Assembly (NCBI GenBank): GCA_030827745.1
Contig: JAURDW010000001.1
Location: forward strand, 5,815-69,814
Direction: 5' to 3'
DNA length: 64,000 bases
From: Poseidonia sp.
GTDB taxonomy: Archaea; Thermoplasmatota; Poseidoniia; Poseidoniales; Poseidoniaceae
A program made the translations under genes and the position numbers. Below are positions 57,299 through 64,000 of this stretch, piece by piece (within the stretch, counting starts at the first letter, position 1; each line of letters opens with the position of its first letter). The notes below the pieces were generated by a model that saw nothing but the letters and a program-made list of their open reading frames with translations, searched no databases and was not told the DNA's origin.

Positions 57299-60200
57299 TC
57301 ACAAGAGGTCGTCGAGGAAGGACGTGTCAATCTCCGGCATTTTTGGTGCCGAAGGGGTGTCATCCAACAATCCATCGAGCAAAGCCGGGTCAACTTGAGG
57401 GCGCAGCACAGGTTGTTGCTGTTGGTAGACTTCTCTCCCTGTTGAGACGCCTTGAATTTGGTTTGCCGCTGCGTAAATATCGTTGGCTTGCTGAGTGGTC
57501 ACGCCCTGTGGTGGAGCCGGTGCTGCCCTCGAAGGAGATGAAGTCGTGAGGTCGCCCCAGTCCTTGTCTTGAATGCCCCACGTGGCTTCTTGCAGTTCCC
57601 AACCCTTCGCCTTGCGTGAAGAAGTGCCTCGCGAACGAACGACCATGACCAAAAGAAGGAGGACGACGATGAGCATGCCAGCGGCGATGAGGTTCGGGCC
57701 TGTCAACAAGGAGTCAAGCGAAAGTTGTCCCGTTTCGTCTTGCCCTTCCCCTTCTGGACCTGCGGCCTGGAGCGGTTCAACCTTCACCGATTCAACAGTG
57801 GATTTCGCGACGGTGTCGTCGTAAGGCACCACGCCAACAAACCACGCAGACGCCGTTGAGAGGTCGGCGTAACTTTCGGTCGTGATGAGGAAGGAGTTTG
57901 CGGAAACGGTTTGGCCCACCATCGTTGCCTCTTCGGTTGAGGTGAACCTCTCGTTGCTGATGTAGACATGGTACCCTCGGACGTTTGCATCAACGGAGTG
58001 TCGCCATTCCACGAAAATACCCGTGTCTTCAAGCCAATTTGCTTCGACGTTCTGGATGTCAGGCAGGTAGATGCCGGCATCGGTCACGCCTTCGTCGCTT
58101 GATTCTGCCGAGACCATCGTCAGTTGGTTGGTGTGAGCGTTCCCGGATGTGTCAACGGCCACCACGGCCACCCAAATTTCCTGCCCGGGCACAACGGGGG
58201 CGTCTCCTGCAACCAGGTCGATCACAAGCGGGAAGGATGGACTTCTGCTCAAGGTCGCAATCGGAGACAGTTGAGCGTTCACGATCCCGTCGAAATCGTA
58301 GGTCGCAGCGTAGACATCGTACCTTGCCACGTCGCCCGAGGTGGAGGTTTCAAAGTCCAAGAGAAGGGCTGTTCCGTCATCGTTGGGCCGATCGCGAAGG
58401 TTCAGTTGCACGACTCGCTCCGGCGCAATCGCATCGTTTTGATTGTCAACGGGCGTTACGGTCACCTGTGTGAGGTTCGTCAGGTGGACGTTGCCTTTGA
58501 GGTCGTGAACGGTGACGCTGACATAGAGTTCAACATCAGGTTGGATGAGTCCAGGCTCGCCGTCGGTCAAAACGCCGGTCTGCGGCGCATAGAGGGCGGT
58601 GGAGAGGGTCAACTCAATCGGGTTCGTTCGCTCGTCAATCCATTGCTTGTTGAACGAGAAGCAACCGCATGCGTCCGGGTCATTGCCGAAGGCTGCATAG
58701 GCTGAGGCAAGGTTCTCAGTTGGTAGGTTGGACACCCAAACGGTGTAGGATGCAAAATCTTCCACCGTTGAAGGCTCCCATACCACGTCAATGGCCGTTC
58801 CGTCGTCGTCGGCGTGGTCAAACGCCATCAACGAGAGAATTCTGGGGGGCGTGGTGCCTTGTCCAACGATGTTCTGGAAAGGTGTGGCGCTCACGAGCAC
58901 AACCTCGTCCGTGTTGCCGTTCAACCACACATCGTAGGCCACGACGCCGAAGGTGTAGATTTGACCGTCGATGAGAGGCACGCCATCCATGGCACGGATG
59001 ACCGATTCGGTCGTGTCGCAAGGGTTGACGATGGCAGCTTGGGAGAAGCCGTCAACGCTTGCTCGCCCTCCGTCTTCGGGAACATGGTCGCCCTGCTTGA
59101 TGAGGACTGCGTAAAAGGCGCAATCCTCTGCATTGCTTTGATTCCACGTCACCTGCAAGCGTCCGCCCTCATCTTCGGCGACATCGCTTGCCATGGTCCC
59201 TTCAATCGGGTCAGGGGCCTCGTTATCGTTCAACTCGCCGGTTGGAACGACGGGACCCACCACCGTCATGTTGGTCAGGTCTTCTTGGCCCGCTTCGTCC
59301 TCGCATGTGAATCCAATCCAAACAGGAACGCCGGGCGTGAGTGAAAGTACGGAGAGGTTCCCTTCGTTAGGGGCCATGGAGTCGAAGGGGGTCCGTCCAA
59401 CGGCATCGGTCATCGGTGTGGTGGCCACGTAGATGTTGGTCTTTGCAAGGTCAAGCGCCGTGCATCGGGCCCATTCAAGTTCAACATCACCGTCGTCGCC
59501 AGAACTGCCGAGCGCTTGAGCAGTCGCCCATTCCGGGGCGCCTGGGATTTCATCGCTGGGGCTTGCCGGGCCGAAAGGTTCGGCGACCTCACCCCACCGC
59601 CCATCGCTGTACTCAACCACAACGGTGGCGTGGTACTCCGTACCGTCCTTGAGCGGCTGTCCGTTGGCCGTTTCAACCTCCGTTGAGAGACGGCTGTGAA
59701 GGGAGATGGCTTTGTCGGGGCTTTGCCCGAGCAACATCAATTCGGTGGGCGAGGTGGTCCAAGGACCCTCGTTCACGAAGATGAGGTACCGTGCGAAGTC
59801 TTCGTCGTGAACCAGCGACCACGAAGCCGTGAGCACACCCCCGCCGTCATCGGGACGATCCACCAATCCCTCCATCGCCACGGGTGTGTCGGACCGAACG
59901 TAATCGTACGTGATTCGCGCTTCCAAAGAGCCGTTGCTGGGTGAAAGAAGGCGGAGGGAAACATGGCGGGTGTTGTTGTAAAGTTGACCGTTGTCAACCG
60001 CATCTTGCAAGGTTAATCCGAGGGCTGGGTCTTCGCTGATGTCCAACGTCACGTCGTACTTGAGCGAGACGGCCTTGGCCCAAACAGCAGCACCGCTAAC
60101 GGGTGAGGTCATGACGATGGGAACGTTCTGGAAGAGCAGGTTGTGTGCCCCCGCCGTTCCAAGCGTGGGGTCGAGTTGGAAGGGGTCGCTCGGATCGATG

Positions 60201-63200
60201 AGTTGAATGGGCATTCCGGGGTGCGTCATGTCGCTAACGTTCACTCCGCCGCCGTTGTTCATCGCTCGTATGGTCAACGGCAGCGCTCGGCGCATGCTGG
60301 TGTCTTCGACGGGTGTGTACTGTCGGTTGTTCGCCCAACCTCTCAGGCCGTCTTCGGTGAGGATCCAAATCGTGTTCGCTCCAAGCGTGGAACCGGTGAC
60401 ACTTCCCGGGCGGAATGCTTGCAGGTAGGTGTGCGCCGAGGTTCGGGCCTCGACCAGCATGCCATCGTTTTCTCCACCCAAGGCCAACACTTGTTCGCCG
60501 TTGCTGAACAGGCTGTGAACTGGGTATTGCACTTGAGTAAACCGTGCACCGTCCTCGAACTCACCGCTCGATGCGTTCCAGTGGGTCAATGGCCAACCGT
60601 CCGTAGCAATGTGAACTCCCCACCAATCGCTCGTGAGAGCGGTGACGGTGTTGGATGGAAGTTGGTCAAAGCGGTGGGTTGAGACCACCTGTTGTGTTGC
60701 AGTGTCAACGATGCTTACGCCGGGGCGTTCCGCGCCTCGTCCGTCATGACTGACCAGAACGGAAACCGTTCCGGAGGCGCTTGTGTGCGCAACAAGACCC
60801 CACGCGGATTGCCCCATCAGCCCGTTCGCTGTGGTCATCGTGGTCCCGGTTCCGCTCAAGGTGTCCCAAACGAACACGCCTGATGGCGTCGCCATGTAGA
60901 CAGTGTTACCCACCGAGACCACGTCTTCAACGATGTCGTTGGGCAATCCACCGCTCGCCGTGATGGAGTCCATCCAGTCATTCGTTGTGTAGTTCCATCG
61001 TCCAATTCCACCGTTGGTGGCGATGTAGAGCACATCGGTTGTCGCACTGAACCCGTTGACAATGTTGGAGGGAAGGCCTGCAATCAACCGTCCGTTTCCG
61101 AATTGTCCAGTGGACGGGTCAAACATTTGGACGCCGGGAGGACTTCCTCCGTCGCCCGCAAGACCAACGACAAACTGACCGTTGTAAAGGTGCATTGTGT
61201 CGAATTTGCCGTGGAGGGAGCCCGTTTGTGGAGCGATGGTTTGGGTGCGGGTGTTGAGTTTGTACATGCCGTCAGGGTTGGAGAAGATGTACAGGTCGCC
61301 TCCGTTGAGGTGGAGGTCGTTGGCAACGGTGTTGCCAGGAAGGGTCCAGCCGAAATCCCATTCAACACTGCCGTTGGGCAGGAAGGTGCCTTGGAGCAGT
61401 CCCGTCCCGCTTCCGCCAAAGTTTCCAGCACCACCGGCTTGCCCGCCGCCGGTTGCCGCCCAAATGTGCGTGCTGTTTGCGGTCATGGCCGAAACTTGGC
61501 CGCTGACCAAACCTGGGAGGTCGACAATCTTCTGCATGCCGTTTGACGACAGGCTGGAGACATGGCTGTACCCTGAAGCACCGCCAGCTTGTCCAATCAA
61601 CCATTGCGAATTGCCGCTCTGCCACTGGAAGGAGGTGACCGATGACCCGCCGCCGTAGACTTGGGCCTGCAGGGCCGTTGCACCGTTGGCAACCAAGGTA
61701 GAATACCCTCCACCGATGACGTTCGCACCGTTAAAGCCGATACCGTGCCCCACAAGGAGTTGCGTGCCTGAGTGGGCCAAACCGTCGTACCATACACGGT
61801 CGCTGGGAAGATTGTGACTTGAGGTGGTTAGGCTCGAAAGGAAGGTTCCGGAGATGTAACTGTACCGAGAAACGGGTTGGTTGTCGTTGTAGTAGCCGAT
61901 GTAGAGGGTGTCTTGTGCATCGCAGGTCACTGAAGCGGGACCAAACCCGTCAAGTTGACTTCGGTCAAAGTCGGACTGGACCGAGGCATTTTGCAAATCA
62001 ATGCGAGCAATGCCGCCGTTGCCGTTGTACATCGCAATGTTCAGGAGGCCTCCGCACGTCTCCATCGAGATGGGGTATCCATCGGGGATGTTGGTGTTGG
62101 AATCAGCGGCATACGCCGTCCAAGCGCCCGCAGCGTTGCGGTGAGAAATCACGCCTTCAATAAAGCCGCCAAAGTTGCTGAACCGAGCGCCACCCACCAC
62201 GAGGTTTGTACCGTCGGTCCACAATTCGTAGAATTGGCTTCCCGCATTGCTTGGTAGACCGTTGCCTGCCTCCCATGTCGAGTTCCACTGGTTGGTGGCT
62301 TCGTCATAGCGCAGCACACCGTCTTCGGTCGCAAAGAGCGTCTCTCCGTTGTATTCCACAATGCCTCGAATCGGTAGGTCAAATGAGGTCCAGGAGTTCA
62401 CCAAGGTAAGGTTGGCATCGTACAGGTCAAGTTTCAATTCACCCCAAGCAACCCAGGTGTTGCCGTTGGAGGATTCGAAAGCCGTCACGCGGTCAATTGA
62501 CCCCGTTGGGAGAATGTTTTGAGCAAACGAGGAAGTCACGGTGTCCCATCGAGCGATGCCTCCTGAGCCATCGGCGTTCCACCATTGGCCTGAGACGACG
62601 CTCACCAAGACCTCGTCACCAGCGAGTTCCATCGAGGCGATATCGCCGCCGTTTTCGCCGACTTGTGCCCCGACATCGAGGTTGCTCAGCGCCGTGAGGT
62701 TGGCAACATCAAGCCGGCTGACCTCGTCGCTGGCCGTGCTTGCGTGATAGTACAGAATGTTGTTGTGGATCATCATTTCATGTGGTGGACCGTTGGCCGT
62801 GTACAAGTTGCTGTTGCGCTCAATATCGTACGCCTCAGCTCCCGTGGAGACGTTGATGAGTTGGAAACCGTCGTCACCGCCGACCCACAAGAGATTGGGG
62901 CGAATGTCAGCGACCAGCCCGGTGACGTCGTCGTTTCCGCCGTCGAGGACGCCGTTGTCCTCAGTGAACGGCGTTAGCCATGCGTTGGAGGTGATGTTGT
63001 AGCGCAACACGCCCAGCCCTTCGGTTCCGATGTAAGCGATGTCTCCCATCACCTCGACAACAGCGTTTCCGGTTTGGGTTCCCTCGCCCCAGTTGGTGTC
63101 GTGTTGGAAGTTTGATTTGGTGATGAGGCCCACGCCCGAGTTGGTGCCTCCGTAGACGTAACTTGAATCCACGCCAACGCTGTAAGTGGCCCAATTTGGC

Positions 63201-64000
63201 ATGCCGTCCTGTACGTTCTGGCAGTCGTTGACCGCCATCGTGGAGAGGCTGTATTTGCAGACGCCGATGTTGGTGCCCGCATAGAGGTCACCACCGTCAA
63301 CAACGAAATCAAAGAATTGGAACGGTCGGGTTTGCCAACTGCTTCCTTGACCGAAATTTGTGGCTTGATTCCCGTCCCATTTTCGTGCACCTTGCTGGGT
63401 GCCGATGTACAAATTGGAACCATCGGACTCCAACGCATAGATTTGGTTTGAAGGCAGCACTCCTCCCTGATTGGTTGCGAGGAGCGGGGATAAAATTTCA
63501 CCAGTACTGAGGTCCTTTCGGGCCACGCCGTACCCCTGCAAGCCCAAGTAGAGGATGTCGCCGACCATGGCCACAGGGGCGTCGTTGACACCGTTGATGC
63601 CCGTGGAGCCCCATGGTGTTAGCCAAGTGTCGTTGGCGATGTTGTAGCGCAAAACCCCCTTGTCCTCCGTGGCGACGTAGGCTGACCCGCCGTACAAGGC
63701 CACATCACCCACAAAAGAGGTCGGTAATCCGTTGGTGGTGTCGTAGGACGTGCACGCTCCGGCTTGCTGCCCTGTGCGGAGGAAATGAACGAAAGCGCCG
63801 CTGTCCAAGCTCATGGCGACGTTGTTTTGGTCAACGGCGAGACCAACCACTTTCGAGGTGGAGGGATAGCAGCCCGAAGTCCCGTCAAACGTGGTGAGGA
63901 CTTGGCCCGATTGATCCATTTCGAAGACCTTCGGTTGGGTTTCCGTGGCGGCGAAAATGGACGTGGTGCCTGCCGAGGACGGTGCCGTGACCAAGGCCAC
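57299..64000 (-). CDS. Giant surface protein (partial, more than 2233 aa; the N-terminus lies beyond the window end). It has beta-propeller-type repeats, FN3-like domains, a C-terminal TM anchor and a cytoplasmic tail.
   Basis: The ORF is open to the window edge. It shows recurrent YVAT/YIGT...GV propeller-like repeats and FN3-like blocks. C-terminal TM segment LIAAGMLIVVLLLLVMVV, then a basic stretch RSRGTSSRKAKG and a tail ending DTSFLDDLL. Confidence 0.8.
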   Translation of the reverse strand: MALVTAPSSAGTTSIFAATETQPKVFEMDQSGQVLTTFDGTSGCYPSTSKVVGLAVDQNNVAMSLDSGAFVHFLRTGQQAGACTSYDTTNGLPTSFVGDVALYGGSAYVATEDKGVLRYNIANDTWLTPWGSTGINGVNDAPVAMVGDILYLGLQGYGVARKDLSTGEILSPLLATNQGGVLPSNQIYALESDGSNLYIGTQQGARKWDGNQATNFGQGSSWQTRPFQFFDFVVDGGDLYAGTNIGVCKYSLSTMAVNDCQNVQDGMPNWATYSVGVDSSYVYGGTNSGVGLITKSNFQHDTNWGEGTQTGNAVVEVMGDIAYIGTEGLGVLRYNITSNAWLTPFTEDNGVLDGGNDDVTGLVADIRPNLLWVGGDDGFQLINVSTGAEAYDIERNSNLYTANGPPHEMMIHNNILYYHASTASDEVSRLDVANLTALSNLDVGAQVGENGGDIASMELAGDEVLVSVVSGQWWNADGSGGIARWDTVTSSFAQNILPTGSIDRVTAFESSNGNTWVAWGELKLDLYDANLTLVNSWTSFDLPIRGIVEYNGETLFATEDGVLRYDEATNQWNSTWEAGNGLPSNAGSQFYELWTDGTNLVVGGARFSNFGGFIEGVISHRNAAGAWTAYAADSNTNIPDGYPISMETCGGLLNIAMYNGNGGIARIDLQNASVQSDFDRSQLDGFGPASVTCDAQDTLYIGYYNDNQPVSRYSYISGTFLSSLTTSSHNLPSDRVWYDGLAHSGTQLLVGHGIGFNGANVIGGGYSTLVANGATALQAQVYGGGSSVTSFQWQSGNSQWLIGQAGGASGYSHVSSLSSNGMQKIVDLPGLVSGQVSAMTANSTHIWAATGGGQAGGAGNFGGSGTGLLQGTFLPNGSVEWDFGWTLPGNTVANDLHLNGGDLYIFSNPDGMYKLNTRTQTIAPQTGSLHGKFDTMHLYNGQFVVGLAGDGGSPPGVQMFDPSTGQFGNGRLIAGLPSNIVNGFSATTDVLYIATNGGIGRWNYTTNDWMDSITASGGLPNDIVEDVVSVGNTVYMATPSGVFVWDTLSGTGTTMTTANGLMGQSAWGLVAHTSASGTVSVLVSHDGRGAERPGVSIVDTATQQVVSTHRFDQLPSNTVTALTSDWWGVHIATDGWPLTHWNASSGEFEDGARFTQVQYPVHSLFSNGEQVLALGGENDGMLVEARTSAHTYLQAFRPGSVTGSTLGANTIWILTEDGLRGWANNRQYTPVEDTSMRRALPLTIRAMNNGGGVNVSDMTHPGMPIQLIDPSDPFQLDPTLGTAGAHNLLFQNVPIVMTSPVSGAAVWAKAVSLKYDVTLDISEDPALGLTLQDAVDNGQLYNNTRHVSLRLLSPSNGSLEARITYDYVRSDTPVAMEGLVDRPDDGGGVLTASWSLVHDEDFARYLIFVNEGPWTTSPTELMLLGQSPDKAISLHSRLSTEVETANGQPLKDGTEYHATVVVEYSDGRWGEVAEPFGPASPSDEIPGAPEWATAQALGSSGDDGDVELEWARCTALDLAKTNIYVATTPMTDAVGRTPFDSMAPNEGNLSVLSLTPGVPVWIGFTCEDEAGQEDLTNMTVVGPVVPTGELNDNEAPDPIEGTMASDVAEDEGGRLQVTWNQSNAEDCAFYAVLIKQGDHVPEDGGRASVDGFSQAAIVNPCDTTESVIRAMDGVPLIDGQIYTFGVVAYDVWLNGNTDEVVLVSATPFQNIVGQGTTPPRILSLMAFDHADDDGTAIDVVWEPSTVEDFASYTVWVSNLPTENLASAYAAFGNDPDACGCFSFNKQWIDERTNPIELTLSTALYAPQTGVLTDGEPGLIQPDVELYVSVTVHDLKGNVHLTNLTQVTVTPVDNQNDAIAPERVVQLNLRDRPNDDGTALLLDFETSTSGDVARYDVYAATYDFDGIVNAQLSPIATLSRSPSFPLVIDLVAGDAPVVPGQEIWVAVVAVDTSGNAHTNQLTMVSAESSDEGVTDAGIYLPDIQNVEANWLEDTGIFVEWRHSVDANVRGYHVYISNERFTSTEEATMVGQTVSANSFLITTESYADLSTASAWFVGVVPYDDTVAKSTVESVKVEPLQAAGPEGEGQDETGQLSLDSLLTGPNLIAAGMLIVVLLLLVMVVRSRGTSSRKAKGWELQEATWGIQDKDWGDLTTSSPSRAAPAPPQGVTTQQANDIYAAANQIQGVSTGREVYQQQQPVLRPQVDPALLDGLLDDTPSAPKMPEIDTSFLDDLL

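Overview
High-GC (~60%) prokaryotic window, dense with genes on both strands and with no rRNA genes or CRISPR array. Many of the overlapping ORFs in the six-frame track are antisense artefacts of the GC content. The gene content points to an archaeon, probably a Marine-Group-II-like or other acidic-proteome euryarchaeon. It carries MCM helicase, a TFB-like zinc-ribbon/cyclin protein, GatE, two Pth2 peptidyl-tRNA hydrolases, tRNA(m2,2G26) methyltransferase Trm1, two PAC2-family proteasome-assembly-chaperone-like proteins, and a tRNA-Arg(GCG) with encoded CCA. Three giant secreted, membrane-anchored surface proteins are present (1..545 partial, 13151..17515, 57299..64000 partial). Interleaved with these are bacterial-type DNA-end-processing genes: an NAD-dependent DNA ligase (LigA), a stand-alone Cas4/AddB-type Fe-S PD-(D/E)XK nuclease, an ExoX-like DEDDh exonuclease with a DUF3820 tail, and an 8.8-kb two-gene AddB-like/AddA-like (UvrD-motor) helicase-nuclease operon at 35700..44530. 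That operon has a 4-nt ATGA overlap, both subunits carry 4-Cys iron-staple nuclease domains, and it sits divergently next to a TFB-like paralog with a shared TTTAAA promoter region. Housekeeping genes include purM, a pabC-pabAB operon, threonine aldolase, prolyl aminopeptidase, phosphatidylserine decarboxylase, a YchF-like GTPase, an SDR oxidoreductase and a radical-SAM-like protein. Other notable items are a PQQ-propeller/DUF4430 protein beside an ECF-S-like membrane protein (a candidate vitamin-capture module), a polytopic membrane protein with C-terminal tandem EF-hands, and an 811-aa orphan with a zinc ribbon and a His/Arg tract.
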